Shown in pieces: positions 17,702 to 26,713 of a stretch of DNA of 64,000 nucleotides (positions are counted from its first letter, which is position 1; every line of letters starts with the position of its first letter). Location: assembly GCA_903844815.1 (NCBI GenBank), contig CAIMVD010000375.1:8918-72917 (forward strand). The letters run 5' to 3'. This DNA comes from an uncultured Bacteroidota bacterium. GTDB taxonomy: Bacteria; Bacteroidota; Bacteroidia; Bacteroidales; VadinHA17. The position numbers and the translations under genes are program-made. The notes below the pieces were generated by a model. The model had not been told where the DNA came from. It did no database searches and was given only the letters and a program-made list of their open reading frames with translations.

Positions 17702-17736
17702 AACCGGTCATCCCAAGTGGCCGGTTTTATTTTTTG
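17702..17736 (+). terminator. Rho-independent terminator, probably the ancestral tRNA-Val terminator
   Basis: 9-bp stem aaccggtca / tggccggtt (one G-T pair), 7-nt loop tcccaag, followed by ttattttttg. Confidence 0.7.
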
Positions 17737-17827
17737 CTTATCCCGGGAAAATTACTAATTTGCCGAAAGAATGGGTCAGTCAAAACTTCTTATCAAAATA
17801 ACCACATTAGAATATTAATTCTGCCAC

Positions 17828-19741
17828 ATGGAAAGAATGATTCGCCGTATTAAAACTTTTCTGCTGATATATTCAACCATATCATGTTCACTTATCGCCC
17901 TGGGCCAGCCTTCCGTAAAAACTGATTCTTTGTTGATACTGCTTGATAAAACAGAATCTGACACATCTAAAGTTAGTTTGCTTATCCAGCTCTCAGATTC
18001 ATGGATCTCAGATGACATAAAACTCTCTTTGGAATATATCCAGCGTGCCTTATCATTGGCTGAAAAAACCGGTAACACGAAAGTTATAGCGTCAACCCTG
18101 AACAGTATGGCGAAAGTTAGCTTAAGGGCAGGCCTTATCGATATCTCCGCCGATTATTTCAACCGTTACCTTGAAATGATCACAGATAATGGCTCAAAAA
18201 TGGAAATCGGCTATACTATGTTCAATCTGGGTTCAGTAAGGATGGTACTAAATGACTATGACAAGGCAGAGGAGATGTTCCTGAAATCATTTCAGATGAT
18301 AAAAGAATTCTATGCAGAAGCAAACGACTCCGTACCACCAACAGTTATTATAAATTTGTACAACAATCTTGGAATTATTCACAGGGAAAAGAGCCAGCTG
18401 GATGAATCTGTGCAATACCTCAACAACGGGATAAAAAGTGCACGAACAGGTATCGGGTTCGAGCCCGACCTGATTAGGTTGCTGATCAACCTGGGGGAAA
18501 CCCTGATCAAACAGAAAAAACTAAATGAGGCCACTCTGGCACTGAATGAAGCTCTGAGTATCGCCCGAAAAAACAATAACAAGGCGACAGAATCGGCTGT
18601 TTATCTGAGCCTTGGCAATCTGTCAGAAGAAAATGAAAACACAAAAGCAGCATTTGAGTATTACAGAACGGGGTACAGGCTGGCAATACAATTTGGTGAC
18701 GTATCTATGTTACAGGTGATTTCTTATCCCCTTGCTAAACTGTACAAAAAGACCGGGCAGGCTGATTCTTCTTTGAAGTATCTAACCCTGTCAAACGAAT
18801 ATCAGGAAAAACTGAATCTTGAAAAAGCAAAGGACAATCTTTTACGACAGGAGCTAAACGCACAATTCAGAGAGAGGGAACAAGTACTGGAGGCGCGGGA
18901 TAAAAACAGAAAGATATGGGAAATTCTCATATTGTTAATGATAATTGCAATTGCCCTGATATCATTCTATTTTACTTTTAAAAAACTAAGGAAAATCCAG
19001 GCTGATAAGGCCTATATTAAACAGAAGGCGCAGGAACTGAAAGAAATCATCGAGACTAAGGACAAGCTTTTTTCAATAATCGCGCATGATCTGAGGGGAC
19101 CAATAGGCAATTTCATCCCTGCACTGGAACTACTCACGAGTAACAACGCAATAGATGAGAACCTGAAAAAAAGGCTGCTCGCGGAGATGAAAAAAGACTC
19201 TAAAAACACATATAGCCTCCTTGATGATCTTTTAACCTGGGCAGGAATACACGGTAATTCTATTCAGATAACTCCCCAGAACTTTGTACTGAATGAGGCT
19301 CTGATTCAGAATGTTGTACTCCTAACACCAGGTGCCGATCAAAAATCAATCAGTATAAGCATTGAAACTACCGGAATAATAACAGTCTTTGCCGACAAAA
19401 ATACAATAAGTACTGTAGTCAGGAATTTATTGAGTAATGCGATCAAATTTACTCCCATGAATGGCAGCATAACTGTTTCTGCAAAACATAACAGCAGGTA
19501 TTGTGAAGTAACAATTGCTGACAGCGGAGTGGGAATGTCTAAGGAAATTGCTGATAACCTTCTGATATCCCGATCATATTATACCACTTTCGGCACGAAT
19601 GGTGAAAAAGGTTCCGGCCTTGGATTAGCAATATGCAGGGAATTTGTTGAAAAAAACGGAGGTGAGATCTGGCTTGAAAGTGAACAGGGAAAAGGCAGTA
19701 AATTTATCTTCACAATTCCGCTTGAAAAACAGAATATTTAA
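17828..19741 (+). CDS. TPR-repeat sensor histidine kinase
   Basis: 637 aa. Signal peptide (LLIYSTISCSLIALGQP), ~300 aa of TPR-like helical repeats, TM segment IWEILILLMIIAIALISFYFTF, HisKA box FSIIAHDLRGPIGN, and HATPase_c with G-box EKGSGLGLAICREFVEKNGGEIWLESEQGKGSKFIFTIP. Confidence 0.85.
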   Translation: MERMIRRIKTFLLIYSTISCSLIALGQPSVKTDSLLILLDKTESDTSKVSLLIQLSDSWISDDIKLSLEYIQRALSLAEKTGNTKVIASTLNSMAKVSLRAGLIDISADYFNRYLEMITDNGSKMEIGYTMFNLGSVRMVLNDYDKAEEMFLKSFQMIKEFYAEANDSVPPTVIINLYNNLGIIHREKSQLDESVQYLNNGIKSARTGIGFEPDLIRLLINLGETLIKQKKLNEATLALNEALSIARKNNNKATESAVYLSLGNLSEENENTKAAFEYYRTGYRLAIQFGDVSMLQVISYPLAKLYKKTGQADSSLKYLTLSNEYQEKLNLEKAKDNLLRQELNAQFREREQVLEARDKNRKIWEILILLMIIAIALISFYFTFKKLRKIQADKAYIKQKAQELKEIIETKDKLFSIIAHDLRGPIGNFIPALELLTSNNAIDENLKKRLLAEMKKDSKNTYSLLDDLLTWAGIHGNSIQITPQNFVLNEALIQNVVLLTPGADQKSISISIETTGIITVFADKNTISTVVRNLLSNAIKFTPMNGSITVSAKHNSRYCEVTIADSGVGMSKEIADNLLISRSYYTTFGTNGEKGSGLGLAICREFVEKNGGEIWLESEQGKGSKFIFTIPLEKQNI

Positions 19742-19920
19742 TCAGGGGTTCAGAAGGGCTTTGAATAATCGGATAAAAATACGCCAGGACCAATAATAAC
19801 CGGAATTTTACGTCTTGCGGACAGCACTCCGCATTAGGTACTTAATATGCCAATTACAAACCAAAAAACTTGATTTTACGGAATAATTTATGCAAATTGG
19901 CAGGCACTAATCCGGGAACC

Positions 19921-21813
19921 ATGTTAAAGTTAATTAATAGGTTCAGTCTTTCATTCCTGCTTGCAGGTATGATCCTTAGTTCAAACCTGGCTTTCTGCCA
20001 GAATGGATTCAATAATTCAACAAGGTCTCTTTTCATTTTTGACCTGGCAAAGTATATTGATTATGGTCCGGAATTTGCCGATTCCTCCTACTTCAAAATA
20101 GGTTTTATGGTTGGAGAATACGATCTTATTCACGAAATGGACCTTATTGCCAGAACCAGAAATCTTATCCAGAATAAGCCTGTAATGGTTGCCGGATTCA
20201 GCCAGATTGAAAGCATAAAACATGTGCAGGTACTCTATGTCAGCAAAAAAGCCGGATTCAGCCTCGACAGGATAAAGGAAAAGATCTCAGGAAAACATAC
20301 AATGCTTATTACTGAAGGTTATGAGTTCCGTGAATCTATGATAAATTTTATTGTAGTCGACGGCAAACCACGCTTTGACATTAATGAGGATTATATTAAA
20401 AAGGAAGGAATGTCAATTCCTGAAAATCTTCTATATACGGCGGTAAAGACGAAAGAAGACTGGCAGGGGCTTTTTGATAATGCCAGCAAGGAAATTGAAA
20501 TCCAGAAGGAAACGATCAACCAGCAGCTTGAGTCAATTGAAAGACAGAAAAATGAGATCCTTGATCAACGATTTCTTCTGCGGAGCCTTGACCTGGAGAT
20601 TGAATTGAAGGAGAAAACCCTTAATGAAAAGCAACTGGAACTCGAAAGCCAGTTAAGTCAGATAACCCTGCAGCAGACAGATATCGCTTCGCAGAAACAA
20701 CTTATTGATTCCCAGCAAAAAGAAGTTTTGATACAAAAGGACACTCTGGCAAAACAGAGAGGTAAAATTAACATCCAGTTAATCAGGATAAACAGTCAGC
20801 TTTCGGAAATATCAAAACAGGATCAGAAGATAAAGATGCAACTTGAGGCCATCGAAAAACAAAAGCTTATTCTATTGCTTGTCCTGGTGGCACTATTGCT
20901 TGTAAGCGTATTGGGATATTTCATCTACAGGAGCTATATTATTAAAAAAGAAGCAAATATAAAGCTTGAAGAAAAAAACAGGACCATCTCCCTGCAAAAG
21001 GACGAAATTGAAAAACAGAGGGATCTTGCTGCTGCCCAGAGAGACCAGATTACATACCAGAAAAAACATATCGAGGACAGCATAATGTATGCTAAGAGAA
21101 TACAAACCGCTCTAATACCTTCTCTCGAACTATTCAGTGAAAAACTTGAACATTTTGTGCTTTACAAACCATTAGCCATCGTAAGCGGCGACTTCTACTG
21201 GGTCAGTACTGTCGACAGCCTTCAGGTTATAATAGCGGCTGACTGCACAGGCCATGGAGTACCAGGTGCTTTTATGAGCATGCTCGGAGTAACATTGCTG
21301 AACGATATCGTAAACAGTCAGCATATCTTAATGCCCGAAATGATACTTGATGAACTCAGAAGGGGGATAATCAAGGCTTTAAAGCAGCATCCGGAACAGG
21401 ACAGCGTGAAAGACGGGATGGATATAGCCATTTGCGTTATCGACTTTGAGAAAAACATTCTCTGGTTCGCCGGTGCAAATAATCCGCTATACCTTGTGCG
21501 GGAAAGAGAACTCTTTCATTATAAAGAGGATAATATGCCTGTAGCAATACATTACAGGATGGACCCGTTCACACGTCAGCATATTGATCTTAATAAAGGA
21601 GATTCATTTTATATCTTTTCCGACGGGTACTGCGACCAGTTCGGAGGACCGAAACAGAAGAAATTCATGACGGCACGCCTGAAGGAAGCCCTCGTCGCCA
21701 TGGCCGGGGAATCCATGTTGCTGCAGGGAGAAAAACTTAATGACCTTTTCGAACAGTGGAAGGGCGATCAGCCACAGGTTGACGATGTCCTAATGATAGG
21801 CATAAGATATTAG
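19921..21813 (+). CDS. YfiR-like (DUF4154) periplasmic domain - coiled coil - TM - SpoIIE/PP2C-type serine phosphatase
   Basis: The track ORF starts at 19870; the ATG at 19921 gives signal peptide MLKLINRFSLSFLLAGMILSSNLAFCQ. The N-terminal domain resembles YfiR (SLFIFDLAKYIDYGPEF...VLYVSKK...MLITEG...INFIVVDGKPRFDIN). A Q/E/K-rich coiled coil follows, then TM LILLLVLVALLLVSVLGYFIY. The C-terminus has SGDFYWV..AADCTGHGVPGAFMS...DGMDIAICVID...FSDGYCDQFGG...DDVLMIGIRY. Confidence 0.8.
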   Translation: MLKLINRFSLSFLLAGMILSSNLAFCQNGFNNSTRSLFIFDLAKYIDYGPEFADSSYFKIGFMVGEYDLIHEMDLIARTRNLIQNKPVMVAGFSQIESIKHVQVLYVSKKAGFSLDRIKEKISGKHTMLITEGYEFRESMINFIVVDGKPRFDINEDYIKKEGMSIPENLLYTAVKTKEDWQGLFDNASKEIEIQKETINQQLESIERQKNEILDQRFLLRSLDLEIELKEKTLNEKQLELESQLSQITLQQTDIASQKQLIDSQQKEVLIQKDTLAKQRGKINIQLIRINSQLSEISKQDQKIKMQLEAIEKQKLILLLVLVALLLVSVLGYFIYRSYIIKKEANIKLEEKNRTISLQKDEIEKQRDLAAAQRDQITYQKKHIEDSIMYAKRIQTALIPSLELFSEKLEHFVLYKPLAIVSGDFYWVSTVDSLQVIIAADCTGHGVPGAFMSMLGVTLLNDIVNSQHILMPEMILDELRRGIIKALKQHPEQDSVKDGMDIAICVIDFEKNILWFAGANNPLYLVRERELFHYKEDNMPVAIHYRMDPFTRQHIDLNKGDSFYIFSDGYCDQFGGPKQKKFMTARLKEALVAMAGESMLLQGEKLNDLFEQWKGDQPQVDDVLMIGIRY

Positions 21814-22040
21814 CGGCACTCAACCTTGGTAGTCAGCGAGCCGACAGTAATATCAGGAATTGCCTTTTTTGCGATAAGATCCGACCCGCAATACTCGGTT
21901 TCGGATGATGAACTGATTGCCAATCCGTTCTCGTAGGTAACGTTTTTGCATCTTTCACATCCACTCAGCTTTTCACAAGAAGTGACAAAACATACCATAA
22001 ACAGTAAAACTGCCCCGAATAAGAATTTAACTTTCTTCAT
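21810..22040 (-). CDS. Small Cys-rich lipoprotein, unknown function
   Basis: 76 aa. Lipobox FVTSC after MKKVKFLFGAVLLFMVC, with further cysteines in the mature part. Its stop overlaps the stop of the convergent phosphatase gene (ttag at 21810..21813). Confidence 0.5.
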   Translation of the reverse strand: MKKVKFLFGAVLLFMVCFVTSCEKLSGCERCKNVTYENGLAISSSSETEYCGSDLIAKKAIPDITVGSLTTKVECR

Positions 22041-22307
22041 CTATTTTAGTTTTTGTTTATTTTGCCGCGGTTTTATCCGGATGTTACTTATCACAATGAC
22101 CTTTTCCCCTAAGTCTTTCTGATACTTATACAACAAAATTAAATATTTAATTGACATTACAATAGAAACTTATCTTCCGGAGGCTCTGTTGTTACTCAAT
22201 ATTTCTTCCTTTCCAAAATTATCATCGAAAATGCGCCATAAGATTCCACTAATGGTATTAAATTCTACTAACAATTTATAATATACCCTGGTTTTTCAGA
22301 TTTAAAC

Positions 22308-22337
22308 AAAAAAGAAGGTGCCCTGTTAAGGCACCCT
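22308..22337 (-). terminator. Rho-independent terminator downstream of the LruC-domain gene
   Basis: On the minus strand: agggtgcc ttaaca ggcacctt followed by cttttttg. The plus-strand stem arms are 22315..22322 and 22330..22337. Confidence 0.6.
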
Positions 22338-22370
22338 CCAAAATATGTTATTTCCTATCGATTCCAACTA

Positions 22371-24431
22371 TCAGTGGGTATAGATATTCGTGCCGTTTCG
22401 ATATCCTGTAAGCGGTTTAAACCAGTCATAAAATTGAGTTCCGCCAGATTGACCCCAGTTAAAGAATTTAAGGTGGGCCTTTGTAACCATTGTTTTTTCA
22501 ACCGGATGATCGAACGGACCAGCTATGTCAATTGCATAAGGCTGACCGGGAAGAGTAACATAGTATTTGCCTGAAGATGGGATGCTGTTATCCTGAGCGG
22601 AACCAAGCAGTGATTTGTCTGCCAGGTCGGTCGGGAGATTATCAATCAGATGTACTTCGCGTCCCCGTGTCTGGTCAATAAAGATAAAAGGATTGTACGG
22701 AGGTGTGCCTATTGCAGCAAGGGTTACCGGAGAAGTCAGGTTTATTGTTATCTCAATTGTTTTCGGCTGCACCCAGGGCTCGCCAATAGTAGTGTTTACA
22801 CCAATTGCTTTTCCACCGGGATAAGGAAGTTCGTTGAAAGCATCATCGAAAAAGATTATAGTAGCTTTCGACTGGCCTGCTTCAGTCCCATTCGGATTTT
22901 TTGCAATAACCTGTTTCCTGACATCCGTTCCGGTTACACTTGCAATCAGACCGGGTGCAATGGGCAGTTGTATTCCGAAACCGCTGTGATAACTTGCCCC
23001 GATGGCTTTAACTGTAATACTGGCAATTATCCTCACAACCTGATTAGCAGCATTTGTTATCTGGTTGAAGTTATAGTCTATAACCATATCGTTCAAATCA
23101 TAATCGCCTTTGTATGGCCACTGATCCTCAAATGACAATGTTCCCACAGTGCCCCTGGCAGGATAATAATTATTAAAGGCTTTTGCCGCATCGGAAGGGT
23201 AAGCGTCAAAATTATCGGAGACGCCATCCTTATCAGCATCAGCCGCTGTATAAGATGGAACAATAATGTTGGCAGGGTTCACTGAAGAAACCGGGTTGGC
23301 TGAAACATGGAACACTACATCATTGAAATCATGGTCGCTTCCCCTACCCGGAGTTCTGTCATCATCCTCTATTGAAAGAAGGAATTTCGACCTTGCTACG
23401 TCATTAAATAAAACAGTATGTTTTTTAAATTCTGCCCCTGATTCGGAATTTAATTCTTTGTCAGAGTAAAATATTCCCTTTCCGCTGGTGATTGTGGTCC
23501 CGTTGTATCCGTCTTTAATCAGGGCCCATCCGATTATTGTCTTTGGCGCAAATGTACCTATCTTAACACGGCTGCCCGAAGTAAGCCCACCTCCGCTGCC
23601 GGAGAAAGAGGTATTCGGGAAAATAATAAACAGGGTGTCAATATCGGTAGCCGTCTTTGGAACTTTCCCGGCAGTATACTTGTAAAATGCAAGGGTGTTT
23701 TTCGTTTTTGAACCTTCTGAGATAAAGGAGACATAGACATCTGAAGCTTCTTCAATAAGAAGATTGTCCCTATTTGAACTGTTTAAATACTCGGGATGTT
23801 TAACTGATTCATCTGTTCCCTCCGGAAGAGTGGCGTTCAGGTCGTTTAAAAGGTCAGCATCTGCCTTATCATCAGGAGAAGACAGGTAATTGGGCACTCC
23901 CTGTGAATCATAAGTTCCCAGTCCTTCATAAGATGAATTAGTAGTACTGAAAAAAGCCTCCACTGACCTTTTTGCTCCTGTGGCTTGCTTCTTGCCACCA
24001 AGTACAACATTCAGGGAACCTGAAGTAACCTTCACTTTTTGCATATTAACAAATCCGATTGCTTCTGTTCCGACGGCAAGAGAATCTATCCATGCAGGAA
24101 TTTTATATGCTACGGCAAAAACACCGTTATCATCAGTTACACCGCTAAGAATCAGGGAGCCTCCTTTTTCCGGAAGGTTAGAATATACATTTACAAGAAT
24201 ATTTTTTACCGGAGCGCCGCTATTGTCGAGAGTTGCTATCGTAACATCCACATTTTTTGTGGTTATGAATTTGAAATTGGGGCTTATATCCATGTTTTCA
24301 ATCGATGTTTCATCAACCGGGATATCGCCCGGTGATTTCATGCAGGAAGTAACCAATAAGGCAACTCCGATTATAACGGAAAAAATAAGACACACAGGTC
24401 TTACATACTTGGGTTTATTCATTGTATCCAT
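22371..24431 (-). CDS. LruC domain-containing lipoprotein
   Basis: The track ORF runs to 24473. The ATG at 24431 (or 24422) gives MDTMNKPKYVRPVCLIFSVIIGVALLVTSC with a lipobox. The motifs DHDFNDVVFHV and FEDQWPYKGDYDLNDMVIDY are, as I recall them, the LruC/DUF4842 signature. Confidence 0.7.
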   Translation of the reverse strand: MDTMNKPKYVRPVCLIFSVIIGVALLVTSCMKSPGDIPVDETSIENMDISPNFKFITTKNVDVTIATLDNSGAPVKNILVNVYSNLPEKGGSLILSGVTDDNGVFAVAYKIPAWIDSLAVGTEAIGFVNMQKVKVTSGSLNVVLGGKKQATGAKRSVEAFFSTTNSSYEGLGTYDSQGVPNYLSSPDDKADADLLNDLNATLPEGTDESVKHPEYLNSSNRDNLLIEEASDVYVSFISEGSKTKNTLAFYKYTAGKVPKTATDIDTLFIIFPNTSFSGSGGGLTSGSRVKIGTFAPKTIIGWALIKDGYNGTTITSGKGIFYSDKELNSESGAEFKKHTVLFNDVARSKFLLSIEDDDRTPGRGSDHDFNDVVFHVSANPVSSVNPANIIVPSYTAADADKDGVSDNFDAYPSDAAKAFNNYYPARGTVGTLSFEDQWPYKGDYDLNDMVIDYNFNQITNAANQVVRIIASITVKAIGASYHSGFGIQLPIAPGLIASVTGTDVRKQVIAKNPNGTEAGQSKATIIFFDDAFNELPYPGGKAIGVNTTIGEPWVQPKTIEITINLTSPVTLAAIGTPPYNPFIFIDQTRGREVHLIDNLPTDLADKSLLGSAQDNSIPSSGKYYVTLPGQPYAIDIAGPFDHPVEKTMVTKAHLKFFNWGQSGGTQFYDWFKPLTGYRNGTNIYTH

Positions 24432-24807
24432 TTCTTGGTTTTTTATTTGTTTCAAATCCTGCATTAAAACCAATCTTCCCGGAAGAAATGTGGTTTAAAA
24501 TATTCAGGGTTAAAATGTCGTTCATTAATTAGTTTCTTATGCCAGATATATCTACAACCATGCCAAAACCACAACAGGTTCAATTTGAGCTATTTATTGA
24601 ACTATGAAAATAATGAAAGTGTATTATTTTGAGACGGCAGTGTCAATTTTTGACAGGGCAATTCCTTTCCTGACGAGCACACCAACAGATCATCTTTGAA
24701 TTTGTGGATATTTCCAAAGAGTGAATATGAAATAAAATTAAATTGGTCAGCAAAAATGAAGAATTACTATGGGATGGCTTTGTGGGAGGATATTAAACTA
24801 AAGTGAG

Positions 24808-26682
24808 TTAGACTGCAACCGGAAAATTCAGATAAAATGACGAACCCTTTCCTTTAACCGAATTCATTCTGATGCTGCCGCCCATCAATTCAACCAGTCC
24901 TTTTGCAATAGTCAAACCCAATCCGCTTCCTTCAAATCCGCGCGTATTGGCGAGATCCTCCTGCATGAAAAACTTAAATACGTTACTCTGAGCCTCTGCA
25001 TCAATTCCCAAACCAGTATCCTTGACAAATAACTCATATTCTTTGTCAGTGATATTTGCACCAAGGATAATACTCCCTTCCACGGTGAACTTTATGGCAT
25101 TATCGACTAAATGGGATATAGCTTTTTCGAGTAACCCTTCATCGCAAATAAAATAATTATTAATACCGGTGGGAAGCAGGTTTACAAATTCCAGCTTTTT
25201 TCCAATAGATTTTGAAAGAAATTTTTGGTAAATCTTATCCAGGAGTGCAGTCAGATTGACCGGTTTAATTTTCGCCGAAATATTCCCTGAAAACAAAAGG
25301 GACATATCCATATAGTTAGTAATAGTATTTACCAGACGATCAGAGCTTTCATTCATAACTTCAAAACATGCCTCTTTTTCATCCTGTTGAAGGTCTGGTT
25401 TAAGCAGAAATCCACCTAAACTCAGAATTCCGTTTAAGGGTGTTCGCAATTCGTGAGAAATATTATTAAGAAAAGCAGTTTTAAGCCTGTCACTGGCTTC
25501 TGCCCTGACTTTTGCTTCAATCAGATCGGATGTTAATTTCTTTCTTTCTGTAATATCTTCTTTTATTGCAAGGAAGTGGGTCATCCTTCCTTTCTCGTCA
25601 AGGATTGGAGATATTGATGCTGATTCCCAGTACAGTTCCCCCCTTTTATTCCTGTTATGAAACTCACCTTTCCACTCTTTTCCTGAATTTAGCGTATTCC
25701 ACAAATCTTCATACTCTTCATTGGAATTTTCTTCTGAGCTGAATATCTTGGGGTTTCCCCCGATCAATTCTTCAAGTGAGTACCCTGTCAATCTTACAAC
25801 TGACTGATTTGCATAGGTTATTCTACCATTAAGATCTGTAATCAAGACAGAGACAGGGCTTTGCTCAGTAGCTCTGGAGAGTTTGCGGATTTCTTCTTCA
25901 GCCAGCTTCCTTTGCGTAATATCTTTATCTACTCCTCTGTATCCTGTTAATTCTCCGGCACTGTTAATTATCGGGAACCCGTTTGTCAAGAGACATACCC
26001 TATGACCATCTTTGTGAAGATTCCAGTTTTCAAGATCTTTGATTATTCCCCTCTCTCCCGCAATTTTAGAAAAAGATGATCCGACTTTTTCTTTATCCTC
26101 TTCAGGCATAAAATCGAAGGGTGATTTTCCAATTATTTCTTCCTGTGAATACCCCAGAACATTTTCAATTGTACCTGATGTGTAACAGTATTTCCATTCC
26201 TTGTCAATTTCCCAGATCAAGTCGTATGAACTCATTATTATGTCACGAAAACGGGCCTCCGATTCCCGTAATGAAACCTCTGCCCTTATTCTGGTCTGAT
26301 GTTCATGTTCCACCTGAATGGCCCTTTTAACGGCAACCGGCAACTTCGAAAGGTGATCTTTCATAATATAGTCTGAAGCTCCCAGATGCATTAACTCGAC
26401 TGCCAGATTTTCTCCTATGGTTCCTGAAATACATATAAAAGGAACGTCCGGACAAATCTTCTTTGCAAGCACAAGTGATGCTATTCCGCTAAATCCGGGC
26501 AAATTGTAATCTGAAAGAATTATGTCATACTTTACTTTTGAAAGCTTATCGGAATATTCAGCCTCATTAGTAACATGATCAAACTGAAATTTCAAACCTT
26601 CTCCGCTTAGTTGTTCCCTGATTATAATTGAATCTGCCTCAAGATCTTCAAAACACAGGATTTTCAACTCATGATTATTCAT
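24808..26682 (-). CDS. Hybrid sensor kinase: N-terminal receiver - PAS - PAS - HisKA - HATPase_c
   Basis: 624 aa. REC (ILCFEDLEADS...DIILSDYNLPGFSG...ICISGT...DYIMKD), two PAS modules (ITQRKLAEEEI and ITERKKL linkers), H-box NNISHELRTPLNG, G-box GFEGSGLGLTIAKGLVELMGG. Confidence 0.85.
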   Translation of the reverse strand: MNNHELKILCFEDLEADSIIIREQLSGEGLKFQFDHVTNEAEYSDKLSKVKYDIILSDYNLPGFSGIASLVLAKKICPDVPFICISGTIGENLAVELMHLGASDYIMKDHLSKLPVAVKRAIQVEHEHQTRIRAEVSLRESEARFRDIIMSSYDLIWEIDKEWKYCYTSGTIENVLGYSQEEIIGKSPFDFMPEEDKEKVGSSFSKIAGERGIIKDLENWNLHKDGHRVCLLTNGFPIINSAGELTGYRGVDKDITQRKLAEEEIRKLSRATEQSPVSVLITDLNGRITYANQSVVRLTGYSLEELIGGNPKIFSSEENSNEEYEDLWNTLNSGKEWKGEFHNRNKRGELYWESASISPILDEKGRMTHFLAIKEDITERKKLTSDLIEAKVRAEASDRLKTAFLNNISHELRTPLNGILSLGGFLLKPDLQQDEKEACFEVMNESSDRLVNTITNYMDMSLLFSGNISAKIKPVNLTALLDKIYQKFLSKSIGKKLEFVNLLPTGINNYFICDEGLLEKAISHLVDNAIKFTVEGSIILGANITDKEYELFVKDTGLGIDAEAQSNVFKFFMQEDLANTRGFEGSGLGLTIAKGLVELMGGSIRMNSVKGKGSSFYLNFPVAV

Positions 26683-26713
26683 AGAGTACTACTGTTTTTA
26701 ACATTAGGGAATT

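Noticed and set aside
17638-17853. Track ORF of 71 aa (MANSALQAEGRRFEPVNPHNKK...)
   Set aside because: It is the translation of the displaced tRNA-Val 3' fragment and its terminator, so it is not a gene.
22374-24498. Plus-strand track ORFs antisense to the LruC gene (22650..23135, 23980..24498 and others), and similar antisense ORFs in uxs (37421..37906), the kinases (27797..28255, 28173..28514, 41411..41881) and the polysaccharide genes (51238..51630, 62344..62763)
   Set aside because: Each lies fully inside a longer ORF on the opposite strand that carries clear family motifs. None has motifs, signal peptides or independent start context.
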